IMG/VR virus record: IMGVR_UViG_3300025138_000015 | Strand: one strand, 5' to 3' | Source of the DNA: a virus | DNA length: 64,000 bases | Shown: positions 9,907 to 19,148 of the stretch, one piece after another | How positions within the stretch are numbered: the first letter of the stretch is position 1 | Layout of the letters: each line of letters starts with the position of its first letter | Made by a program: the position numbers and the translations under genes | The notes under the pieces: generated by a model | The model's database searches: none | Told to the model about the DNA's origin: nothing | The model's input: the letters and a program-made list of their open reading frames with translations, nothing else

Positions 9907-10629
9907 TCACTGTTCTAAAGTCGACACCTGAAGAATTTTTCCATCTAAAGTTATATCAAATAGAGTTTCATCCCAACGGAAACCCTCAATTTCTTCTACT
10001 TTATTGTCACCTTTGAATTTATAACCCATATTAAATGATATACTATATCTATCTCTATCTGTAGTATTTGGTTCGACCATGTGAGTTAAACCACTAGGAA
10101 AGATATACAACATTCCTGTCTTAGGTTGAAAGTGTTCGTTATCATTGAATCTAGGAGAATTAGGAAAATCACCCATAACTCTTGATGTATCTGACATTGC
10201 AATAAAATCACCTTCATCACCTTGTGCATCTATGTAAAAAGCACCTGACATCCAACAACCATTGTGTTTATGTGGTTTGTTCCAAGCACCCTTATCATTG
10301 ATATTTGCCCATGAGTTATGCATATCGACTACATGACCTTTATGTCTTTCTAACCCCCAAAAAGGCCAAACCTCTTCATAGAGAGTGTCTTTTATACATG
10401 ACATCAATTTCATAAATGCTGGATTGGTATCACAACCATCATTTGATTGCCAACCTGTATCTGCATTTGATATCTTTCTACCTTTAGGGTCGTTTGACCT
10501 CATTTCATCCACCGTTCTTTTAAGTAGAGTCATATAATTATCGTCAAGTGCATTATATTGTGGGTCTAATAAATCTCTTATAAAGACCATTTGTGGGGCA
10601 ATAAACTTAACTGGCATCTTTGTCTCCAA
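9907..10629 (-). CDS. Putative 2OG-Fe(II) oxygenase (TIGR02466 / 2OG-FeII_Oxy_5-like)
   Basis: WANIN..GAWNKPHKH, SGAFY, IFPSGLTHMVEPN, RYSISFN. Confidence 0.85.
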   Translation of the reverse strand: METKMPVKFIAPQMVFIRDLLDPQYNALDDNYMTLLKRTVDEMRSNDPKGRKISNADTGWQSNDGCDTNPAFMKLMSCIKDTLYEEVWPFWGLERHKGHVVDMHNSWANINDKGAWNKPHKHNGCWMSGAFYIDAQGDEGDFIAMSDTSRVMGDFPNSPRFNDNEHFQPKTGMLYIFPSGLTHMVEPNTTDRDRYSISFNMGYKFKGDNKVEEIEGFRWDETLFDITLDGKILQVSTLEQ

Positions 10630-11611
10630 AGTCCATCTCTAGTTGTATTTCGTTTGATTCTTCACTGACATGCATAGGGCATTCAGGTGGTATTTCTAAT
10701 TTGTTTTCTGCATTACCAAATAGTTTGCTTTTAGAAACATGCATACCTAGTTTTCTATAAGGTCCTAAACCACCCTCTTCTAATAGATTCGATTCATTTA
10801 TGGCTGCTTGAACTGATTTCGATGTAATTGAACCATCATTTCTAACATCTTGAAGCTTCTTTTTCTTTTTATTCCTATCTTCTTTCAGTTCTCTATATTC
10901 TAAGTGTAAAGTGGTTGTTTGTTCGTCTCTGTCTTTATATGGAGATGTGATATCTGACATATTATCTATAAAAGCTTTCGGGTCTTTAATCTGTGCCGAT
11001 GAAGACCACTCCTCTCTTCTAAATGGAATTACCTGAACAATTGGTGTTCCTTTTGGTATAATAAATGAATGGTTAACTTTGGGATAGAATATAATTTGTG
11101 CATTGTCCATGTTTAGATTAAACTTATCAGTATCAATTATACCTGGCCAAACACTAAAATGTTGATTCTGGTGTAAGAATGGGTCTAAGTAAAGTGTAGA
11201 ATAACCATCAGGTGTTTTTATATTCCAAGGATTTCTAAATTTAAATGCATCTTTTACTGGAAGTCCAGACATTTTCTCTGGTTCCATAGCATTCCCAAAT
11301 TGTGTGTCTGGATGACTTGTTGAACCTATTTTCTTTTGTTCATAAGACCAAGCAGTCGATTGGGTTCCGTCATCAGAATTTAAATCTTGACCTACTTGAA
11401 CTACGATATCTGTTTCTGCAACTAGATAATACCCCATAGTCAACCAATCCTGCATAGCAGGACATGCTCTGATAGTCTGTTGTTTGTCACCTCTAACTAT
11501 CTCATTAATTCTCATCTTTTTCCACCATTCAGGTTGAACTTTAGATGCAAGAATAGGTTTACTATGTTTAACGGTATTAGGGTTGTATGATGTAAATTCA
11601 ATTGTTGGCAT
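10607..11611 (-). CDS. Conserved phage protein, DUF6065-like (dUTPase-like beta fold suspected)
   Basis: CPAMQD..GY, PWNIKTPDGYSTL, GIIDTD, IPKGTPIVQVIPFRRE; family call from memory. Confidence 0.55.
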   Translation of the reverse strand: MPTIEFTSYNPNTVKHSKPILASKVQPEWWKKMRINEIVRGDKQQTIRACPAMQDWLTMGYYLVAETDIVVQVGQDLNSDDGTQSTAWSYEQKKIGSTSHPDTQFGNAMEPEKMSGLPVKDAFKFRNPWNIKTPDGYSTLYLDPFLHQNQHFSVWPGIIDTDKFNLNMDNAQIIFYPKVNHSFIIPKGTPIVQVIPFRREEWSSSAQIKDPKAFIDNMSDITSPYKDRDEQTTTLHLEYRELKEDRNKKKKKLQDVRNDGSITSKSVQAAINESNLLEEGGLGPYRKLGMHVSKSKLFGNAENKLEIPPECPMHVSEESNEIQLEMDFGDKDAS

Positions 11612-12339
11612 TATAAAAGTGTACTCTTTCTTTTGAACTCTACTTCGGTGTATTTTAAATATCTGGTGTTTTGGTCTTTGACAAGTTCAATCTCATCTCC
11701 TCTCACCACTAAAGATTTTCTATCCATGTATCTTGCTGATTCATTCGGAGCATCTGCACCATGAGGTATTCTTCCATCAAATATGACAAGTCTATTAGGA
11801 ACAAACTCGACTTCGGCTACTTGATGTTTTTCAATATGTTCTTGTCTTCCGTCTAAACCTTGATGTGGTTTATCGAACATTCTCAATGTACCACCCCAAT
11901 TAGGATTCCAAAATGTATTTGGGTAATATAGAAATGATATATTCCATGCGTCATCATTTGGACAATCTTGATGTATTGTTCCTGGACAACCTTGTGATTG
12001 TGAATTAAGGCCTGCATATTGAAAACGAGTATATTTAAAACCAAACTCTGTTTCTAATCTTTCTATAAGATACTTTACGAAGAATGTGTCTATTGGTTCC
12101 ATATCTTGTTCTATTGCATAATTATCTCTAAAGAAAGATGCACCCCAAAAAGAATGGTGTGCAAGACCTGTAGGACTATTACTAGACACTTGATTTGTCT
12201 TAGACCACCAACTACTTGTTGTTATGAGTTTATCAAAGTGATGTTGAAGTTCAACTGATAACCAATCATCTAAGACATAGATATCCTTTAAAGGCATGTC
12301 CTGTATATGAAATGGTTTATCAATATGAACAACTTGCAT
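11611..12339 (-). CDS. 2OG-Fe(II) oxygenase, prolyl 4-hydroxylase-like (2OG-FeII_Oxy_3-like)
   Basis: HQD..., LYYPN..WNPNWGG, PNRLVIFDGRIPH, distal R. Confidence 0.85.
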   Translation of the reverse strand: MQVVHIDKPFHIQDMPLKDIYVLDDWLSVELQHHFDKLITTSSWWSKTNQVSSNSPTGLAHHSFWGASFFRDNYAIEQDMEPIDTFFVKYLIERLETEFGFKYTRFQYAGLNSQSQGCPGTIHQDCPNDDAWNISFLYYPNTFWNPNWGGTLRMFDKPHQGLDGRQEHIEKHQVAEVEFVPNRLVIFDGRIPHGADAPNESARYMDRKSLVVRGDEIELVKDQNTRYLKYTEVEFKRKSTLL

Positions 12340-12921
12340 TTAAGACTGTCCTAAATCCACATGTCCTGTTGCCATTGCAGCTGCTGGTATTTGTCTTCTA
12401 TAATGTTCGAAGTCTTTAAGTAATTCTTCTTTAGTGCTAAAGATTTCATCACGGATTTGAAAGTAAACATTGTGAGTATTATCAATATACTCTAAAACTC
12501 TTCTAGCATTTCCTCTTGCTGGATGGTTGGAACCTTCTCTGCCGGCAATTAGAACCATTTGCAAATCACGGAATCCATATAATTGAGCTACCTCTTCATG
12601 TTGTTCCCTAACAACAAAATTAAGTTTTTCAGCATATTGTGATTGAAGATTTATATCTTCTGGTGCTTCAGAGTTTGAAATATATTGTTCACACAATTCT
12701 TTCTCCATATCATTTAAAGCTACCTGTTCCTGGTCTTCGAATCTCTTTCCAGGAATCCATTCCATAATTTTCATTTCAATATCATCATAGACGACAACAT
12801 CAAATTCAAAACCTAATGCAGGTTTATCAACATTCTCGAATGTGTATTCAAGTCCGTTTGGTTTTCTTATATAAAGGTTCTTGTTTTCACAAAATACCAG
12901 TGCGTTCATTTGTTGATTCAT
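12340..12921 (-). CDS. Hypothetical protein within the enzyme cluster
   Basis: 193-aa ORF tightly packed between neighbours, GAGG RBS. Confidence 0.7.
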   Translation of the reverse strand: MNQQMNALVFCENKNLYIRKPNGLEYTFENVDKPALGFEFDVVVYDDIEMKIMEWIPGKRFEDQEQVALNDMEKELCEQYISNSEAPEDINLQSQYAEKLNFVVREQHEEVAQLYGFRDLQMVLIAGREGSNHPARGNARRVLEYIDNTHNVYFQIRDEIFSTKEELLKDFEHYRRQIPAAAMATGHVDLGQS

Positions 12922-12924
12922 AAT

Positions 12925-14559
12925 TTATCCTCTCTTTAAATTATTTAGGTTGTCTCTACGAGTCTTAATTTCCTCGTAATGAGATAGTCGTTTAATGTTA
13001 GATGTATCCATATTTTCTATCCAAGGACCACCTCTTGTATAATGATAACCAGAACAACCCCATTTGGTTTCCGGATTATCATATCCTTCAGTAAAGATGT
13101 AATGTTCAGGTATCTTACTCAATTTATCTGTCCATTCAAACTGATGCAACTGAGCACCTGTCCATGAATTAACAACATCTGGTGTTAGTTTCTTACAATC
13201 TTCATGACCATTGTTAAATATCATTAATGAAGACCATAATTTACATGGATAGTCTATGTTTATTTCACCATTAAACTTAACAGAATCATGTGCGTATTGT
13301 GGGTATTGAATACATGCAACAGCATTATCAGGATTTAAATAGTATAACATTGGTAATAGTGATTTTTCAAAAAGAATATCGTCATCAATAAACATACTAA
13401 AACCTTCATAATTCTCTAAGTAAGGTATTAAGAATCTACTGTATGTAAACGCAGTAGATTGATTCTTATACTCCCTATTATACTCTGGAATCTTTGAATA
13501 GTCAAGATACTTTATTTCAGGCATGAATTGATTTGTAGTATCACCTTGTGAGTATGTTGAACGAATACTCGATTCTATTGAGAACTTTGTTAAATCTTCA
13601 ATTTGTTTATGTGTAGAATCATAACCAATGTATATATTAAATGGTTTTCCTTTTGCAAGTTTATGCACCTTCCTGTTAAACTCATATACTTTAGGTCTGA
13701 AATCCCCCACATTTGCAAACTCACTATTGACTTCTATAACTCCACCTGTTATAATAAAAGATAAATTATCTTGTGTGATTCCTCTTTTTTTGAGTAAGTC
13801 TTTCCAATAATCTAAAAATTCATCAACTGTTGCTGGTTTTATTTCAGGAACTTTATTATGTGGGTCAAAGAAATGACATAACATACTAGGGTCTTGCATC
13901 TCTTCAATAACACCTGAACGAACAGAACCTGGATGAACAAAGAACTTAAATTTCTCATCACCATATGATGTGTCTTTTAAAATAACTCCTTGAATTGGTG
14001 CCCATAATCCTTCTTCGATTATACTTTGAGTTAACCAATGGGCTTTTGCTGAGTGATAGTAGGAACTATCCCACATATTCTTTAGATTTGTATTTGTTTT
14101 GTCATCTTCGTCAACACCTACTCCGTGAGATTGTATATATCTTTCTCCGTTTGGGTCTTCTTCAGTTCTTATCATGTTTGTATTCATTCCCATTGGAAAC
14201 ATTTCTGCTGTAGGACCACAAGTATAACCATGAGGTAAGAATTGATTGTATGTGAGAGAGTGGTGTTTTAGACCGTGCATTGTCACCATGTTGTTGTCTC
14301 TTCTATCTTGCATCACATCACCATATGTGAATAACTTTAGAGGAGGAACTTTACCTTCTTCGAAGATTTTCTTTAAAATTAGATAACAAGGATTATGTTC
14401 TTTCATAACCCTATTTACATTAAGACTTCCTAAATGATAGTGTGGATTTTTGTCTCTTATTGCAAAAGCACTTTCACAACCATCAAAGTCTATAGGTATA
14501 ATTGAGTCTACATCGTCAACTGTTTTAATGTCTGTAAAATCGGGATTATTTGATGCCAT
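12925..14559 (-). CDS. Fusion: N-terminal unknown (possible ParB/Srx-like) domain plus C-terminal GT-A glycosyltransferase
   Basis: C-term IYIGYD, STAFTYSRFLIPYL, FIDDD (DxD), WSSLMIFNN, LHQFEW, HYTRGGPW; N-term SIIEEGLWAPI...HPGSVR. Confidence 0.75.
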   Translation of the reverse strand: MASNNPDFTDIKTVDDVDSIIPIDFDGCESAFAIRDKNPHYHLGSLNVNRVMKEHNPCYLILKKIFEEGKVPPLKLFTYGDVMQDRRDNNMVTMHGLKHHSLTYNQFLPHGYTCGPTAEMFPMGMNTNMIRTEEDPNGERYIQSHGVGVDEDDKTNTNLKNMWDSSYYHSAKAHWLTQSIIEEGLWAPIQGVILKDTSYGDEKFKFFVHPGSVRSGVIEEMQDPSMLCHFFDPHNKVPEIKPATVDEFLDYWKDLLKKRGITQDNLSFIITGGVIEVNSEFANVGDFRPKVYEFNRKVHKLAKGKPFNIYIGYDSTHKQIEDLTKFSIESSIRSTYSQGDTTNQFMPEIKYLDYSKIPEYNREYKNQSTAFTYSRFLIPYLENYEGFSMFIDDDILFEKSLLPMLYYLNPDNAVACIQYPQYAHDSVKFNGEINIDYPCKLWSSLMIFNNGHEDCKKLTPDVVNSWTGAQLHQFEWTDKLSKIPEHYIFTEGYDNPETKWGCSGYHYTRGGPWIENMDTSNIKRLSHYEEIKTRRDNLNNLKRG

Positions 14560-14560
14560 A

Positions 14561-14598
14561 AAATATCTGTATTAGTTTAATTAATACAGATATTTAGG
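14561..14598 (-). promoter_or_regulatory. Perfect 14-bp inverted repeat abutting the glycosyltransferase start, overlapping a CCTAAATA late-promoter variant
   Basis: aaatatctgtatta (14561-14574) / taatacagatattt (14582-14595). Confidence 0.6.
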
Positions 14599-14605
14599 TG
14601 TTATT

Positions 14606-15388
14606 TTATGAAGAGACTGGAGATGCTGGCCAAGTTTGTGCTAAACTACCATCCCAACGAGCAACTGGTGTTTGACCTTGTGTTCCATATGTGAATGGAC
14701 TTCTGTTCTGATAAGTGAACGGAGTCTGACCTTGTCTTGCATATGTTCCAGGTTGTCTATTCTGATAAGTGAACGGAGTCTGACCTTGTCTTGAATATGT
14801 AGTAGGATTCTGATTAGAATATGTGAAAGGAGTTTGTCCTTGTCTTGCATATGTTCCAGGTTGCCTATTCTGATATGTTCCAGGTTGTCTTGCATTCGCA
14901 ATGTAAGGTTGCTGACCATTTACAGGATTCTGATAGATAGCAGGTTGTCTTGCATTCGCAATATAAGGTTGTTGACCATTTACAGGATTTCTGTAAGTAA
15001 ATGGACTTCTAGCATTCGCAATATATGGTTGCTGAGCATTTACAGGATTTCTGTAAGTAAATGGTTGTCTCGCATTGGCAATGTAAGGTTGTTGGGCAGA
15101 AACAGGGTTTCTGTATCCAGCAGGATACCTAGCATTGTAAGTAAACGGTTGCTGAGCATTACTAGGTGACTGAGCATTCGCAGGATACCTAGCATTATAA
15201 GTGAAAGGTGTTCTTGCATTACTAGGTGACTGTGCATTTGCAGGATATCTTGCATTATAAGTGAAAGGTGTTCTTGCATTATAAGTGAAAGGTGTTCTTG
15301 CACTATAAGTAAATGGGTTTCGACCACTTGCTATAAAAGGCTGCCTTGCATTTCCTATTGCAGGTGCATAATAGAATCCAATTGCCAT
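14606..15388 (-). CDS. Q/N/P/Y/R-rich tandem-repeat protein A2 (putative fibre-tip protein)
   Basis: Repeats PFTY, QQPYIANARQP, RQPGTYARQGQTPFTY; GAGGAG RBS. Confidence 0.8.
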   Translation of the reverse strand: MAIGFYYAPAIGNARQPFIASGRNPFTYSARTPFTYNARTPFTYNARYPANAQSPSNARTPFTYNARYPANAQSPSNAQQPFTYNARYPAGYRNPVSAQQPYIANARQPFTYRNPVNAQQPYIANARSPFTYRNPVNGQQPYIANARQPAIYQNPVNGQQPYIANARQPGTYQNRQPGTYARQGQTPFTYSNQNPTTYSRQGQTPFTYQNRQPGTYARQGQTPFTYQNRSPFTYGTQGQTPVARWDGSLAQTWPASPVSS

Positions 15389-16200
15389 GTTATTTAACTC
15401 CTCTTAATATATACATTATCTCGCCTCGAAGTTTGGCATGAAGCTATTGAAGCCGCCACCGTCACCGCCGCCGCCGAACGGTTGGTAATATGGATATGGT
15501 GCCAGATATAAGAATGGATATGTAAACGGATTCTGAGCATTACCTGAGAATGGTTGTTGTCCATTCGCAATGTACGGTTGTCTTGCATTCGCAATGTACG
15601 GTTGTCTTGCATTCGCAATATAAGGCACACGATATGTAAATGGATTTCTGTATGTAAATGGTTGTCTAGCATTAGCAATATAAGGAACACGATATGTAAA
15701 CGGATTCCTATATGTAAATGGACTTCTAGCATTTGCAATATAAGGCACCTGATAACCTACAGGATTTCTGTATGTAAATGGAGACCTTGCTTGATATGTA
15801 AATGGACTCTGACCGCTTACAGGATTTCTATATGTAAATGGACTTCTATTAGCATATGTAAATGGTTGCTGAGCATTTACAGGATTTCTGTATGTAAACG
15901 GAGACCTATTACTATATGTAAATGGATTTTGACTACTAGACGGATTTCTATATGTGAATGGTTGTCTATTCTGATATGTAAACGGTGTTTGACTATTCGC
16001 AATATACGGAGTCTGACTGTTCGCTATATAAGGATAAGGTTGTTGTGCATTCGCAATATAGGGTTGACCACCATTAGCAATATACGGATACGGTTGTTGT
16101 GCATTCGCAATATATGGGGTCTGACTGTTTGCAATGTATGGGTAAGGTTGTTGTGCATTCGCAATGTATGGTTGTTGACCATTTGCAATATACGGATAGG
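14690..16200. repeat. Coding tandem repeats (24, 30, 54 and 60 bp units) in repeat proteins A1/A2
   Basis: 60-bp units visible at 14881-15240; recurring gcattcgcaat and atatgtaaatgg. Confidence 0.85.
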
Positions 16201-16363
16201 GTGCTTGAACTATTGCCTGACCTGATGCATTATTCCAACCTGATGGAGTTTTTACATAAATCTGGTCAACATCTTTCCAAGTTGTTGAACTTGTCTTAAC
16301 CCATGCCCCTCTGGTTGAATTCCATCCAGCTGGGGTTTTAACCTTTTGATTACCTGTTACCAT
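15416..16363 (-). CDS. Tandem-repeat protein A1 with N-terminal Trp-rich VK-T-x-x-x-W attachment-like domain
   Basis: N-term KVKTPAGW / WVKTSSTTW / YVKTPSGW, then QQPYPYIANA and PFTYRNP repeats. Confidence 0.8.
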   Translation of the reverse strand: MVTGNQKVKTPAGWNSTRGAWVKTSSTTWKDVDQIYVKTPSGWNNASGQAIVQAPYPYIANGQQPYIANAQQPYPYIANSQTPYIANAQQPYPYIANGGQPYIANAQQPYPYIANSQTPYIANSQTPFTYQNRQPFTYRNPSSSQNPFTYSNRSPFTYRNPVNAQQPFTYANRSPFTYRNPVSGQSPFTYQARSPFTYRNPVGYQVPYIANARSPFTYRNPFTYRVPYIANARQPFTYRNPFTYRVPYIANARQPYIANARQPYIANGQQPFSGNAQNPFTYPFLYLAPYPYYQPFGGGGDGGGFNSFMPNFEAR

Positions 16364-16381
16364 TTATTTCACCTTACTCGA

Positions 16382-18445
16382 TTAAGAGTAGTAAATCCAT
16401 AAGTCACCAACTGCACCATCTGAACCAGAAGGAGTTGAAGTTGACTGATATATATTTCTTGCTGTACCGCCACTATTTGTGGCATTCGTTATTGTTATTG
16501 CACCTGATGCTACTGTACCTAATGATACATTTGAACCACTCTCATATTTAGTATTCAATGCAGTTTGTAATCCGTCAACATTTGCAATTGTATGATTATG
16601 TGAATCATCAGCAACTGTTGCTGTTATTGATATGTTTGCACTTCCATTAAAACTTGCAGAACCCGATAGGTCTCCACCAAGTGATATTGTTCTTGCTGTC
16701 TCTAAGACTGTTGCTGAACCAGCATTTCCTGAAACTGTTCCAGTGACATTACCAGTTAGATTACCTTCGAATGTTGATGCAACAAAAGTTTCTGAACCTA
16801 CTGTCCATTTGTCATTTGTTTCATCCCAAACAAGAGTCTTAGCTGCAGAACCACCTCTAGTGACACTTATTCCTGAATCTTGTGTTGGTGAACCTGAAGT
16901 GAAGTCTGAGTTCAATGCAATAATGTTATCTGCAAGATTGATTGTTTCTGAATTAACTGTTGTAGTTGTTCCTGATACTGTTAAGTTACCTGAAACGGTT
17001 AGTGAATCACTAACTGCAACAACACCTGTTCCGTTTGCACTCAATGTTAGGTTAGTATCTGTACTTCTGGATTCGATTGAATCTACATCAATTGCGTTTG
17101 AGAATGATATTGCATTTCCGTCTGATGATGATACATTCTTACCTGCAGTAATTTGTACCGCACCTTTTAATTGAATTGCACCAGTTCCAGTAGGATTAAG
17201 TTCTACATCACCTGAACCACTTGTTTGAACTGATACATTTTGGTTTGCATCAGCAGAAACAGTAATTGTACCTGAATTATCAGATACTACTTGTTGTCCG
17301 TTAACATATAAAGACCCAGGTCCAACATAGATATCTCTCCATTGTTTCGAAGAAGAACCTAAGTCGTATGTGACATCGGCATTCGGTATGATATGACCTG
17401 ATAAATTACCACCACCTAGGAATGATTGAACTTGTGAGTCACCATAATCGTTAGAAAGTGTTAATGTACCCGCTGCATCGTCATATGTAGAAGTGATGTT
17501 TGTTCCACCAACTACTAAACCATTTACGATATCTTCTATTTCTTCTTCTGTTTTACCTGAAGATGCAATTGTTAAAGTTCCCGCTGCGTCATCATATGTT
17601 GTTGATATGTTTGTTCCTGCAACTAATAATGCATTAACTCTGTCGTCAACTCTTTCGTTTGTAAAGTAGAGGTTTGTATTTTCTGTTAGGTTTGCAGTTG
17701 TTGAACTAGACTCATCTAGTAATTTTTTCCATGCACCAGCATGAGCAAAATAACCTGCTCCAGTTCCGTGAACATGAGCAAACATACCATGGTATGTACT
17801 TGCACTAGGTAAGTCACTTTCTGCAGAGTATACATTTGAGTACATCATCTTACCTGTTGTAGTAATATTGAATGCTTGTGCATCTAAGTTACCACCAAGT
17901 TGTGGTGTTGTATCTTCAACTACATTATTGATTGAAACTGCTTCTGCTCTTGCATCTGTAAAGTAAAGGTTAGATGAACCTTCATTGACATCGTCTGTAT
18001 TACCTGAAAGTTCTGATAATGCGTCTTTACTTGCTACTTGTGAATCAACATATGCTTTAATAGACTGCTGTGATGCAGCGTGAGTTGCACTGCCTGAGGA
18101 CATATCATCTTCGTCTTTAAGGTCGATTGCAATGTCATTTGCATTTACAGTCATACCTGTTCCAGCACCGACTGCTAATGTTGCATCACCGGATGATGCA
18201 TCACCAGTAAGACCAGCACCTGCAATGATACCTGTGATATCACCTTGTTGTCCTGATACTGTTAATGTTCCATTGGCATCATCATATGTTAATGTGATTC
18301 CTGTTCCTGCTGTTAATAGAGAATTAACTCTATCGTCAATTGATTCTACAATTGCTGTACCTGTTAAAGCACCAGCACTAGTTATAACCTCTACTCCGCC
18401 TACAGATAGACCATTCTTAATATTAAAGTTCTTTTCACCTGCCAT
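16382..18445 (-). CDS. Tail fibre-like protein (687 aa)
   Basis: G/S/T-rich; TYDDAAGTLT repeats, NLYFTDAR, TVSGNLTVSGTTTTVNS; ends GAVGDLWIYYS. Confidence 0.8.
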   Translation of the reverse strand: MAGEKNFNIKNGLSVGGVEVITSAGALTGTAIVESIDDRVNSLLTAGTGITLTYDDANGTLTVSGQQGDITGIIAGAGLTGDASSGDATLAVGAGTGMTVNANDIAIDLKDEDDMSSGSATHAASQQSIKAYVDSQVASKDALSELSGNTDDVNEGSSNLYFTDARAEAVSINNVVEDTTPQLGGNLDAQAFNITTTGKMMYSNVYSAESDLPSASTYHGMFAHVHGTGAGYFAHAGAWKKLLDESSSTTANLTENTNLYFTNERVDDRVNALLVAGTNISTTYDDAAGTLTIASSGKTEEEIEDIVNGLVVGGTNITSTYDDAAGTLTLSNDYGDSQVQSFLGGGNLSGHIIPNADVTYDLGSSSKQWRDIYVGPGSLYVNGQQVVSDNSGTITVSADANQNVSVQTSGSGDVELNPTGTGAIQLKGAVQITAGKNVSSSDGNAISFSNAIDVDSIESRSTDTNLTLSANGTGVVAVSDSLTVSGNLTVSGTTTTVNSETINLADNIIALNSDFTSGSPTQDSGISVTRGGSAAKTLVWDETNDKWTVGSETFVASTFEGNLTGNVTGTVSGNAGSATVLETARTISLGGDLSGSASFNGSANISITATVADDSHNHTIANVDGLQTALNTKYESGSNVSLGTVASGAITITNATNSGGTARNIYQSTSTPSGSDGAVGDLWIYYS

Positions 18446-18705
18446 TAGAATGACCCTCCGTTAACACCTGGTAAACTGAGTTCACCATTCGATGAGTTAT
18501 AACTTAGATTTGTTTCGCCTGATGCAAGTGAAATAGCTGTTCTAGCTCTTGCATTAGTAAAGTATTGATTCGTTGAACCTTCTGAAAGATTATCCGTATC
18601 TAATTCTGAAATCGCTGATGCGACAAGTTTTCCAGATGATGAAATAATTTCAGTGGTACCGACGGTAATCCCATACTCTACTACAAATGTGTTTTGTGTT
18701 GCCAT
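18445..18705 (-). CDS. Short fibre adaptor-like protein (86 aa)
   Basis: N-term like 687-aa fibre (FxxxxGxxVG), LSEGSTNQYFTNARAR, ends NGGSF; late promoter at 18745-18752. Confidence 0.7.
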   Translation of the reverse strand: MATQNTFVVEYGITVGTTEIISSSGKLVASAISELDTDNLSEGSTNQYFTNARARTAISLASGETNLSYNSSNGELSLPGVNGGSF

Positions 18706-18808
18706 ATTCGTTTGTCCTAGTCTAAGAATGTATTATTATACAGATATTTATAAGAAGTGAGTCCTCTCGGCACATACTTTTTTTAGATATCTACAATTTA
18801 TTTTTAGT

Positions 18809-19105
18809 CTATCCTGATTGATTTGCTTCGTTCCATGCTTTCTTAGCATTCTTTACTGTTGTTGTCCATACTGCTGTTGCTATGCCTTGAACTTCTGCGC
18901 TTTCACTTGATACATCTGTATCAGTATGTGTCCAAGTATTGTCCTCGTTCTTTGCAGAGGATACGCAATCTAATATGTTTCTATGAAAAGACCTATTTAT
19001 CTCTACACCATCTTCTTTGATAATTGTAGCAGTACGAATTTGTATATTTTTATATTCTCCGACAATTTCTATTTTGTCTTCTATTAATTCTTTTGTTAAT
19101 GCCAT
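18809..19105 (-). CDS. Small fibre-associated protein (possible assembly chaperone)
   Basis: EDKIEIVG...QIRTATIIKEDGVEINRSFHR, a type commonly found after marine phage fibre genes. Confidence 0.6.
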   Translation of the reverse strand: MALTKELIEDKIEIVGEYKNIQIRTATIIKEDGVEINRSFHRNILDCVSSAKNEDNTWTHTDTDVSSESAEVQGIATAVWTTTVKNAKKAWNEANQSG

Positions 19106-19148
19106 TTTATTTTTCCTTCTCCGTGCCTATCTCCGATAGACATAATTG

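Noticed and set aside
14690-16225. Regularly spaced DNA repeats resembling a CRISPR array (also 24740-25260 and 26120-26620)
   Set aside because: Units are multiples of 3, vary at synonymous positions, have no unique spacers and lie within ORFs; no cas operon.
14834-16225. Cys-rich plus-strand ORFs (14834-15169, 15554-16225; also 24690-25310, 26117-26374) and alternative-frame His/Leu-rich ORFs
   Set aside because: Shadows of the repetitive minus-strand genes; no RBS or promoter, and opposite to the operon direction.
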